A stretch of DNA of 63,826 nucleotides, counting the filler, from Welwitschia mirabilis (lineage: Eukaryota): NCBI GenBank assembly GCA_051453625.1. It is 9 parts of one record of this genome, joined end to end, with 100 filler letters (N's around TTAATTAATTAA, not from the genome) between each part and the next. Parts side by side here need not be neighbours in the genome. Positions count along the whole stretch, not along the records: positions 20,593 to 29,492 come from JBOZIK010000001.1; positions 29,593 to 53,137 come from JBOZIK010000001.1; 7 more parts are not named here. One strand, given 5' to 3'. Below are positions 24,920-36,012 of this stretch, one piece after another (position 1 is the stretch's first letter; every line of letters starts with the position of its first letter). Under the pieces are notes generated by a model. The model saw only the letters and a list, made by a program, of their open reading frames with translations. It was not told the origin of the DNA and made no database searches. A program made the position numbers and the translations under genes.

Positions 24920-27900
24920 TTTCATGGTAGTCTTTTTGCCACTAAAGTGTCCCCCACAAACTCCACCATGATTAAGTGTTAAAATTTCTAAAGTTTTCCA
25001 TTTAAGCATACATTTATGTATAATTTGGTCTTTTCAACATCTATAAAGATGTGGCTCATTCCACTCATAGTCACCAATCCTATGGAGAAAAGTTTTTCAT
25101 TGATTTTAGTCCTAATGTTGTGGGTTTTTCATAGTTACAAGATAATTAACAATGTCAGTATACCAAGGAGCAGGGTAAGAAGAAGAGATAGTATACATTT
25201 ATTTAATTGCAAAAAGTTGCTCATCAAGAAAAGAATCATTAATAGGATTTTCATCAGTGGATTAAGTAAGTCAAGGAAGATGTCTACCACACTATTATGT
25301 TTTCTAGCCTTATCAATGATAGTAAGTTTAAATTCTTACATTAAAAGGATCCATCTAATAAGTCTTTCTTGGAATCTTTCTTGGTCATAAGATAATGAAT
25401 AACAACATGGTTTATGTAAATATTTGATGTGGAATCCAAAAAGATAGTGTCAAAGATGATCTAGACAAAAAATGATAGCAAGCATTTCTCTCTCAGTGGT
25501 AGTGTCATTGGTTTTGACACTAGTCAAAGTTTTTCTAAGGCAAGATGTGACTTTGAATCCATTCTTATATCTTTGACCAAGAAGCCTCCCATAGCAATGT
25601 TTCTTGCATCGCATATAAGTTTAAAATCTTTATTCTAATTAGGACCCATGACAATAGGTTCGAAAGAGATTTTATCCTTAAGGGTTCTAAAAGCAATTTG
25701 GCATGATTCAGACCACTCAAATTTGACATCTTTTTCAAGAAGAGAGTGAAGAGGTTTATAAGTTTTGGCATAGTNNNNNNNNNNNNNNNNNNNNNNNNNN
25801 NNNNNNNNNNNNNNNNNNNNNNNNNNNNNNNNNNNNNNNNNNNNNNNNNNNNNNNNNNNNNNNNNNNNNNNNNNNNNNNNNNNNNNNNNNNNNNNNNNNN
25901 NNNNNNNNNNNNNNNNNNNNNNNNNNNNNNNNNNNNNNNNNNNNNNNNNNNNNNNNNNNNNNNNNNNNNNNNNNNNNNNNNNNNNNNNNNNNNNNNNNNN
26001 NNNNNNNNNNNNNNNNNNNNNNNNNNNNNNNNNNNNNNNNNNNNNNNNNNNNNNNNNNNNNNNNNNNNNNNNNNNNNNNNNNNNNNNNNNNNNNNNNNNN
26101 NNNNNNNNNNNNNNNNNNNNNNNNNNNNNNNNNNNNNNNNNNNNNNNNNNNNNNNNNNNNNNNNNNNNNNNNNNNNNNNNNNNNNNNNNNNNNNNNNNNN
26201 NNNNNNNNNNNNNNNNNNNNNNNNNNNNNNNNNNNNNNNNNNNNNNNNNNNNNNNNNNNNNNNNNNNNNNNNNNNNNNNNNNNNNNNNNNNNNNNNNNNN
26301 NNNNNNNNNNNNNNNNNNNNNNNNNNNNNNNNNNNNNNNNNNNNNNNNNNNNNNNNNNNNNNNNNNNNNNNNNNNNNNNNNNNNNNNNNNNNNNNNNNNN
26401 NNNNNNNNNNNNNNNNNNNNNNNNNNNNNNNNNNNNNNNNNNNNNNNNNNNNNACTTAAATGTAACCCACTTTCAATACATTTATCAAGGAATTTTTCTA
26501 ATCTTAGCATAGTTTATTAAAAAGTATTACTAAAGATGGAAAAGTTATTCATAAAGATTTCTATAGAGTCCTCTATCATATCAGAAAAGATTTCCATCAT
26601 GGCTCGTTGGAAAGTTCCAAGGGCATTGAAAAGTCTAAATGGCATTCTTTTAAAAGAAAAAGTTCCAAAGGGAGATGTAAAGGTGGTTTTAGCTTAGTCC
26701 TCACTTACTATACAAATTTGATTATAGCCATTATACCCATCAAGAAAATAATAATAAGTATGACCTTGGATCTNNNNNNNNNNNNNNNNNNNNNNNNNNN
26801 NNNNNNNNNNNNNNNNNNNNNNNNNNNNNNNNNNNNNNNNNNNNNNNNNNNNNNNNNNNNNNNNNNNNNNNNNTGCTATGCAAATTTGGTTATAGCCACT
26901 ATACCCATCAAGAAAACAATAATAAGAATAACCTTGGATCTTATCAAGAACTTGATCAAGAAAAGGTAAAGGATAATGATCCTTTTTGGTAACTTCACTA
27001 AGTTTTCTAAAATCAATTCACATCCTCCATTTTCCTCCCTTTTTTGGTACTACTATTAAAGAACTAGCCCATTCACTATCTGCAATGGCATAAATAATTT
27101 TGACATCTATAAGTTTAATGATTTTGTCTTTAACAATTTATTTAAAGGCAGGTTTTAATCTTCTTTGGAGTTGCCTAACTAGTTTAAAATTATCCTCAAA
27201 ATAGATTTTATGTTGAACTATGGAAATAGGAATGGCATCTTTATCCAAGAAAAGGCATTTTTATTTGATTCTAATAGAGAGGTCAAATTTTATTCTTATT
27301 GAGGAGTGAAAAAGTCATTAATTATCAGAGGTTTCATTTGATTTTCAGATAAGAATATATATTTTAGACTTTTGGGTAACTGCTAGAGCTCATAGTTGTT
27401 AAGTTAGGATGTCATCCCATCTATCGTGGGGACGACAGGGAGAGAACAACATTTTTCAAAAAGTTTTTCTATTGAAAATAGATGTTGGGTTTCTTCCTCA
27501 TCATTAAGAACTTCATTCTTAGATTTAAAACAATCTAGTTTAGTTGGGTTATCATACAAAGTTGGCTCATATAACATAGTTAATCTCTCTTCTAAGGGTT
27601 GATGTTATAAAAATAAAGTTGAACTCAAATAATCTTCAATGTTAAAATTAATTCCTATGTTCTTTTTAATAACGTTAAAAATCCTAATGGTAATTTCTTT
27701 GTTGTTAAAGTAGTATCTCATTATTCTAGATTAACTATCAATGATACAATGATCTGTAGCACAAAAGGATCTTCCTAAAAATAGTGGATACCCTCCATCA
27801 TGATTTATTTCAATTATAACCACATCAATGGGATAAAAATCCTTCTCAATTTAAATGACTAGGTCCTTTATAATTCCTAATGGTTTCTTGATTGAGATGT

Positions 27901-29492
27901 CAGCTAGCTCTAGAATAATAGGTGTAGGTTCAATTCTGCTTTCTAAACCAAGTCTTTTGCATATGTGGAAGGGCATAATATTCACACTTACACCTATGTC
28001 AATCAGAGCCTTTTTAATTCTTTTCTTTCCTTTTAAAGTAACAGTAATAGTTGCAGCCCCCAAATCCTTGAATTTAGGACATTTCTTTATTACTAAATTA
28101 GAGAGAGATTGGACAAGGAAGACCTTACTTGGGATGATATATTTTATTTTATTCTTACTAAGTCCTTTCATAATTTAGAATATTTGGGGTTTTATTTCAA
28201 TAGTTTCCAAAAGGAAATATTGATATTGACTTCTTGCATCAAGGCTTTTAAGTGTTTGTTAAATGTAGGGTTGGTGTTTAATCTATCAAGCCAAGGAGTT
28301 AATGGTCTCTTTCCCTTATTCTCTTTTAAATTGTGTGTGGAAGAGGTTTTAGTAGATGATATGGAAGAAAGGCTATAAAAATCTAGGATTTCTACATCAT
28401 CTTCCCCAATTGCTTCATTTTGTTTAGGAACCTCATGGGTAGGAGGTGTTGTATCTTTTCCACTTCTTGCTACAATTTTTAAGACTCTCTTAACTTCGTT
28501 TGGATTGGGAATTAGTTGAGAAGCAAGAGACCCTTGTGGTCTTTGGTTAGCAAGAATTATTTGTTGAAGCACATTCACTAGGTTTTAAATGTTGCTATTG
28601 GTCTTTTCTTGCACTTTTCTCAATTTCTTAATGGATTCTCTAAGGGGATCATTAAAATTTTGTTGAAAGTGTGATTGAAAATTGGGATTTTTAAATCTAT
28701 TCTCAAATGGTTTCCATTGGGGTTGGCNNNNNNNNNNNNNNNNNNNNNNNNNNNNNNNNNNNNNNNNNNNNNNNNNNNNNNNNNNNNNNNNNNNNNNNNN
28801 NNNNNNNNNNNNNNNNNNNNNNNNNNNTTCAATGGAATTACGACATTCGGATCACTCCGTCTATACTAGCGTGTTGTATTTTGCATCTTAATTAGAATTA
28901 CAAGATTGGAATCGAAACGTGAACTATTGCATAAATACTCACCGCAACAGGAAGGTTAATATTGACTTCTTGCATCAAGGCTTTTAAGTTTTCATCAAAT
29001 GTAGGGTTTGGGTTTGATCTATCAAGTTAAGGAGTTAATGGTCTATTTTCCTTATCCAATTGCTTTATTTTGTTTAGGAACCTTATGGATAGAAGGTGTT
29101 ATATCTTTTTCACTTCTTGTTACAATCTTTAAATCCCTTCTAACTTTGTTTAAGTTGGGCATTGGTTAAGAAGTAAGAAAACCTTATGGCCTTTGGTTAG
29201 TAAGCATTGTTTATTAAAGTACATTTATTAGGTTCTTAATGTTGCTATTGGTCTTTTCTTGCACCTTTCTCATTCCCTCAATGGATTCTCTAAGGGGATC
29301 ATTAAAATTTTGTTGAAAGTTTGATTGAAAATTGGGACTTTTAAATCTATTCTTAAATGGTTTTCATTAGGGTTTCCCACTAGGTCTTTGTTGAAATAGT
29401 GGTTGGCTCTTAAAGTTAGAATTTATTTGGTTGAAAGTACAAACCTCTTCAAACATTTTTTCCTTGCAAGTTGGTAATAAAGGACACTCTTT
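24920..29492 (-). pseudogene. gag-pol of family A (INT N-term, RH, RT, PR, gag)
   Basis: HGGVCGGHFSGKKT, CDARNIAMGG, SEWASSLIVVPKKGGKWRM, ALIDIGVSVNIMP, PWLDRLNTNP. The gag piece is repeated at 28950-29492. Confidence 0.9.
28828..28949 (+). repeat. Family C LTR 3' terminus inserted in family A gag
   Basis: ...CGTGAACTATTGCATAAATACTCACCGCAACA, with gag resuming at 28950. Same type as the termini at 45220 and 62303. Confidence 0.8.
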
Positions 29493-29933
29493 NNNNNNNN
29501 NNNNNNNNNNNNNNNNNNNNNNNNNNNNNNNNNNNNTTAATTAATTAANNNNNNNNNNNNNNNNNNNNNNNNNNNNNNNNNNNNNNNNNNNNTAAAAAAC
29601 ACAAATTTATAGAAACACAAAAAATAGAGAACGGTTGTCCTGAAGTATTGTGGGGACAATAAAAAGGATGATGAAAAAATTATTTTATGAAAAATAAAAA
29701 TGTAAAAATACATAAATGTATTAAATTTTTCAGACTGCCATCCTCTCAATTCATGGGCATGACAGAATGGATGATAGAGAATAAAAAGAAAATGCAAAAA
29801 TTTAAATGGTAGATATAGATCTACTTTAACCTAAAATAGAAAAATACAATACTAATTTGAAATAAATACCTGAATAGAAAAAATTTAAGATACCTACTTG
29901 ATTAGTGATAATCCTCTTAGCTCCTTGTGCCCT

Positions 29934-29951
29934 TCTTCAGCAAGAGCGCTA
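29934..29951 (-). promoter_or_regulatory. PBS, tRNA-Asp type (decayed)
   Basis: TAGCGCTCTTGCTGAAGA, 3 nt inside the LTR end at 29955. Confidence 0.7.
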
Positions 29952-29954
29952 AAA

Positions 29955-31904
29955 TGTTGCAGTGCGAATTTATGCAATATTGAAGTTCTTAGATAAACCT
30001 ATAATCAAATGAATTATAGAAAAAAACACTCTAGTATAGACGGGAGTTCACCCAAATGTTATAAACCAACAAAGGCACTAGGCTTATAGTTAGAGAATTG
30101 ATTTCATCAAGGTATTTTTATTCTTTTAGCGTTAGGAAAACTGAAAGAAAATAACTTAAGTAAATGCAATGCTTAAATGGAAATGAAATGTGAGTGAATG
30201 GGGATGGAATGCAATGTAATGGAAATGGAATAGAAATGGAAATGAAAATAGATCCTACTTAGATCTTAGTCTTTCTTTCATAAAGACCACTTCTCTATAA
30301 CTTATATCANNNNNNNNNNNNNNNNNNNNNNNNNNNNNNNNNNNNNNNNNNNNNNNNNNNNNNNNNNNNNNNNNNNNNNNNNNNNNNNNNNNNNNNNNNN
30401 NNNNNNNNNNNNNNNNNNNNNNNNNNNNNNNNNNNNNNNNNNNNNNNNNNNNNNNNNNNNNNNNNNNNNNNNNNNNNNNNNNNNNNNNNNNNNNNNNNNN
30501 NNNNNNNNNNNNNNNNNNNNNNNNNNNNNNNNNNNNNNNNNNNNNNNNNNNNNNNNNNNNNNNNNNNNNNNNNNNNNNNNNNNNNNNNNNNNNNNNNNNN
30601 NNNNNNNNNNNNNNNNNNNNNNNNNNNNNNNNNNNNNNNNNNNNNNNNNNNNNNNNNNNNNNNNNNNNNNNNNNNNNNNNNNNNNNNNNNNNNCTATGAG
30701 ATCTATCTAAGACAGACTTGAAATGCAATATGGAAAGAAAGAAATAAATAATGCAGATCTATTCTACTAAGCAAGGTCAACCTTAAAAAAGGTTTCTATT
30801 AAGATATAAATAAACCCAAGCTTGTCACTAGCTAAGATCAACCTAAATCATAAGGGAGATGAATAATAATGAGATGCATAATAATGAGATGAAAGAAGAA
30901 TTTGTATTAATCTAGTGAAATCAGAATAACATCTACTTACAACATCAGAACAATAGCACCTCAATGAAAGAGACACAGCCTAACATTAAGGAGACTCCTT
31001 TTTGTAGCATGGGATGGACCTTTCACTCTTTCAGCTTCCATCACAAGTATTGGGTATTAAAGATGGGGGGAAATAAAGGAGGAGAAGGGTATTTATAGAT
31101 TTTCTAAGAAGGGATTTGGAGAAAAACACTAAAGGTGGGAAAACAAAAACCCTAATGACCAACATGAGTCATTTGACCCCATTTACAATAGAATTTATTG
31201 TTATAGTATAAAAACAGTTATTGTCTCGTATGTCGTCCACACGACGAGGGAGACGATGCTACCTTAATGGCTTGGGTGGTGTGCCATGTACTATCATTAG
31301 GCTCATGGGTTGTCTATGCATAGTTCTGATGCTATCGTCCTGTCTATCATTTGGACAACTATATGATCGATGCTTTGTCAACATATGACACATGTGCTAC
31401 TATTGGCACTATAGGTTTCTGACTAAATCAGCTATCAGGCCATCCTAGTTATCATAGGGATGATAGACAGGATGACTGTCTTCTTTTATTCTTTTCTCCA
31501 AGGTGAATCAACCTCTATATTGTATAGTTCTTCTTCCAATTCTACAGTATTAGAATAAGACTAGAAAACTACCAATAATACCAAATATAACATGTTTTAT
31601 TGATCATCATATTGAATCCTCATAATCATCAGTATTACACCAAAACCTATATGAATGTCCTACAAAAGTACTCAAAATACACCATCAAATTCCCACAAAT
31701 TGGCATCACAACATAGCCNNNNNNNNNNNNNNNNNNNNNNNNNNNNNNNNNNNNNNNNNNNNNNNNNNNNNNNNNNNNNNNNNNNNNNNNNNNNNNNNNN
31801 NNNNNNNNNNNNNNNNNNATCAGTATTGCATCAAAACCTATATGAATGTCTTGCAAAAGTACTTAAAATACACCATCAAATTCCCATAAATTGGTATCGC
31901 AACA
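29955..31904 (-). repeat. Family A 5' LTR (composite of gap-separated pieces)
   Basis: TGTTGC at 29955. One terminus at 31713 is followed by PPT-like TAGCC, and a second at 31904 is followed by unrelated flank. Confidence 0.85.
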
Positions 31905-32200
31905 ACATTGTATATAAATATTTATCTATGGGTTCCTTCCTCAAAATGGAACTCACAACTTTTAATCATTTTGAAACACTATTAGGCACTAAATTTCCAT
32001 CAAACACAATTTACTTACTATAAAAAAGGAATTCACTATTTGCAAGATAGAGCACATATGCTTCAAGATGATTATTAAAAACATAATAGTTATAAAAGCT
32101 TTAAAGTTTTGATGGGGACATAGGAAATCATGAACTTTCTGGGCTGACATTTCTAGACGTAGTATAAAATCTAAGGATGATAAATACCATATGATTTTTT
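31905..32200 (+). pseudogene. Possible receptor-like protein kinase fragment (subdomains V-VIa)
   Basis: IVYKYLSMGSF, then after a frameshift ALNFHQ...KGIHYLQD about 40 codons later. Spacing fits VYEY..GSL...LDW...KGLEYLH. Confidence 0.4.
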
Positions 32201-32910
32201 AAATAAAAGGAAAAGCACAAGGTTAATGATTTAATCACCATACTTTCTAAATGAACATCCTTTAGTTAAGCATGCACATCCTCCTGTTGGTTGATAAAGT
32301 ACATTTTGATAACTTCCATAGATAATGACTCTCTGTGAATGACTAAAAACCATTATGATATTAAAGCATTCATTTAACATCCATGAAAAATAAATTAGAA
32401 GATTTCATAAGATGATTTAATTTATACTTGCACTTTTCTAACTCTACTGGTAGATGAAGCAAACCGATATTGTTTGATGGAATCATTTTGATCATTGATA
32501 AAATTGGCTAAATCTGAATTTGAATAAAATTCTAAGATTGTAGATTTCATGCAGTCCATCACTCTTTTCAGCCAAGTCAAAAAAAAATAAAATAAAATAA
32601 GCTTTGTAAATTTAGCTTGGAATAGCAGGTCAAGCTCATTCTTCTTTGGCTTTCTATTTTTAAAACATGTGCCTAACGAAGATATGATTAATTCATAGAA
32701 TCTCTTCTATTACTAAGCAAGCTCAAAACATTTAGTTAAGAAATATGAAATAAGCCACGTCATTTTACAAAACTTAGTAATCCATACCAGATGCCTACTT
32801 AAGCAAATAAGAAGCACCTTCTTCCACATGTCTGTTAGATAAACCCTTAATTTATGCGCTAATCTATCATATCCAGTAGTACATCTAGTCTTGCCAAAAT
32901 TCTTTCACAG

Positions 32911-33210
32911 ATTTCCATGTTTGCTTCAGGAAGCAGCTATGTATTTTCTACAATTTAACATAACTATGATGGTGAAGCATGGCTTTAAGCCTAATAATAC
33001 ATCCACAGTGAATGTTATCAAAGATTTTATTCAAGACTATCTTAATATCATCTCAAGAAATCATCCATTATTCAATCATAGTAAAGGATTTGATCATTTC
33101 ATTATCTCTTGTCATGCCTAGGCTCTTTATTCCTTGAGATGAAATGACTTTCTCTTAACGAATTCAATCAAAGTACTATGTAATGCAAATAATGATGAAA
33201 TTTATAATAG
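32911..33210 (+). pseudogene. Exostosin-family (GT47) glycosyltransferase fragment
   Basis: EAAMYFLQFNITMMV...QDYLNIISRNHPLFNHSKGFDHFIISCHA*AL...NSIKVLCNAN matches the plant GT47 pattern DYVNVIS..YPFWNRS.GADHFM.SCHDW...NSIRVLCNAN. Preceded by the acceptor-like TTCTTTCACAG. Confidence 0.82.
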
Positions 33211-33986
33211 AATATCTTATCAATTAATATAAGTTACACAAATCTAGGGAGTTGAGTTTCTTTCACAGCTAGATATATTTTTAACACCATGTGATTCTAA
33301 CATTTGTATTTAATACATAGCAATATCATTTATCGTTAAAAACATTTGTGCTAAAGCCCTATCATTTTTATTCACTATTTTTTATTCATCATCCAGTGCC
33401 ATTTTATTTTTGGAACTGTATTATTATGATTTTGACTTGTAAGGGCTATCGATAGCTACTAAAACTACATGAAGATACTAAAAACCAATATCTTCATAAA
33501 GATGTATAAAAATGAGAAGTTTAAGATCTTCATCACTAGTGAAATCACCAAGTAGCCCCTTTCTTCCTGTAAGTACAATAAGATCATTGACCTTCCTATA
33601 AATATCAAAATTAGTGTGTGAATCTTTGATAACTATAATACCTCTATAGCCACAATCAACTACAATATCTTTTTCTCCCTATATAATTACTTTCTAATCT
33701 AGTATTTACCACTGACAATTCTCATACATGTGCCCTTCACTCAACACATAGGCATTTCCCTCCATCACTCCTACATTTACACCCTTGACTCCTCATTGAA
33801 ATGTCTATGTAAGCACATACTATGGAGAGGAGGTATTTACCTACTAGTGATAAGGTAATGAAGGTAAGATAATACATAGTCTTCTTCTCCTCACATGCAG
33901 GAATACACAGTCGTGCAATGCTTGTGACAGGAATGTGACGTCGATAGCAAGATTTTCATCACTAATATCTTATACATTATTTGTAA

Positions 33987-35726
33987 TATTACTGCTCTAT
34001 TCTCAAAGATTTTCATATTTATGTGGATGTTAAGGAAGCAAGTATTTAGTGTATCTTGAAGCCTTAAAGTCTACCAAATAACACACAAGAAGATAGTACA
34101 AGAAGACTAGTGAGCAAAAGTAACAATGCCATAAATATTTTAAATAAGCAATATTGATCGGAGTCTAAGTGACCAATTCATAAATAGTTAGTAATGAAAA
34201 TAAAGCACAGATTTGATTTATTAGCTTCTCAAATTTTCTTTTGAAACAGCCTCTTCTTAATTTGATTCGATTTGAAAAAGAGCTAATTGTTTAGGGGCAT
34301 TTAAAAGAAAAATTAAAGAGTGAAGGAAAACACTAGGGATAAATAGGAGGAGGGAGGCATCATCACAGAATACTAGCGAGGATCAGAATTTCAAAAATGA
34401 AAGGGGAGGAAGAAGGCAATAACAGACTAAACATAGCTATAAAGGAGATAAAAGGGAGAGAGTAGCTTTTCAAGAGGTTAGAAAATCATGATGTTAATGC
34501 ATTAGAGCATAAGAAAAGATACTAGATCAAGAGAATACCCGTGAGAAAGCAAATGAAGATGATTATAGAAACACAGTCATAGCACATTAAAAAAATAAAA
34601 AAACATAGGGGGAGGAGGGAATATAGTGGATCAGAGGAACAGATGTAAAGGACCAGCAAGAAGCATCAGAGAAGACCAATAGCAATCGAACATAACACAT
34701 AGTAGAAGAGGTTAAAACAGAGGTAGTGGTAGCAACTACAAACATCAAAATGCCATCAAAGGAATAACATAGAAGGAATAGCAATAGGAAAGGAATGGCT
34801 GTGAAACAAAAGAAGTGGAATATGCTAGACTAATAAAGGTAGGATTAACAAAATAAGCATAAACACAGTACAATACCATAACCATACGATAGACAGCAAG
34901 AAAAGCATTCAATAGTTGTTAGAATTCAAATTTGAAAGATACTTGTTTATTGTAGGCTTTATTCTTCCTTTTCTATCTTGAAATTATATGGTACATTCCA
35001 TATAGTTGAACAATAATTCATGGATTTTAATTCTAAATAATTATTGAATAGTTAAAGTTTAAATCTTAGAATCTTTGATTATTTTTCTTTCTATTTGTGA
35101 AAAAATCCCTACTCAAAAAAAAAAAAAATGATTGGTTTGAAAACCAAACATGTCTAGAGTCTTTGTCTAGAACTCCATCTGTTATTACATTTTTTTAGAA
35201 TAGCAATCTTTTAATATAATGATCCATTCTTAAATATAGTCGCATCAAATATTCATTTTTTTTAATTTTATAAGGTTGAATTTCATAATGAATTTTAGAG
35301 AGAATCTCACTATCTAAACTTTTTCATTTCTTCTGGATTTACTTGATCAATATCATATTCTTTATGACATTACTTATCCTTTTGAGACAAATAATAATAA
35401 CAATGAAAATAAAAATCAGTATTATTATTTTCTCAATATTTCAATAGTTGCTAATAAATTGCTATCTTACTTTTCATTTTGTTTGATTCTTTTCCTTTTT
35501 TTTTAATTGCATTAGGAATGTCATGGCCTATTATAAATGCATAAAGCTTTAATATTTGAAATTCATATCTCTTTTTCTTTAATTTTTATTAGCATCATTA
35601 CAAAGAAAATAAAATTAAAATAAATTAATGTCACAAAAATTTAAAAGGAAGGGCTATAGACATAATTCGAACATTATTTAATTGCTTAAAATCATAAATA
35701 TCATGTTGTAAAAAATTGTTGTAATA
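33987..35726 (+). repeat. Putative 5' LTR of the Tat element
   Basis: Inverted termini TATTAC...GTAATA (decayed TGTTAC...GTAACA), a PBS-like motif 4 nt downstream, and GATAAATAG near 34340. There is no second LTR to confirm it. Confidence 0.5.
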
Positions 35727-35730
35727 GTTT

Positions 35731-35743
35731 TGGTAGTAGAGGA
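35731..35743 (+). promoter_or_regulatory. Putative PBS (initiator-Met-like)
   Basis: TGGTAGTAGAGGA just after the putative LTR end and about 300 bp before gag. Confidence 0.5.
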
Positions 35744-36012
35744 AGTCCCCCTTGTGTAGGCCTTTTATCATTTTCTTAATTATTTTTAAATTGCATTCAT
35801 TTTATGCTTTAGCTTTGCCTACCACCTTGTCATACACAACAACCATAATGCCAATGTCAACTTGTAGGAAAAAAGGCTATATTTTTAAAGATGTGTATAA
35901 GGTACTTATCTAACAACACCCTTTAACCTTTAGCTCTAATGAACTTTATGTCATGAATGATTATAGGAGTTATTGAGAAGGCTACCTGACCCATCCCACT
36001 CAAAGAATATGA

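Larger units (their letters stand above)
7327..31904 (-). mobile_element. Athila family A copy A2 (reconstructed), hosting several nested insertions
   Basis: Split 3' LTR (7327-8021 + 10232-10723), PPT, 3' UTR, integrase, then RH/RT/PR/gag at 24920-29492, PBS and 5' LTR. The integrase zinc finger is collinear across the B1 insertion. It spans several gaps, so it may be a mosaic of copies. Confidence 0.7.

Noticed and set aside
33826-33849. Helitron 3' end (hairpin + CTAG)
   Set aside because: The stem is too short and too close to CTAG to support a call.
31905-33900. Copia or hAT remnant
   Set aside because: No diagnostic motifs on either strand. The recognisable part is GT47.
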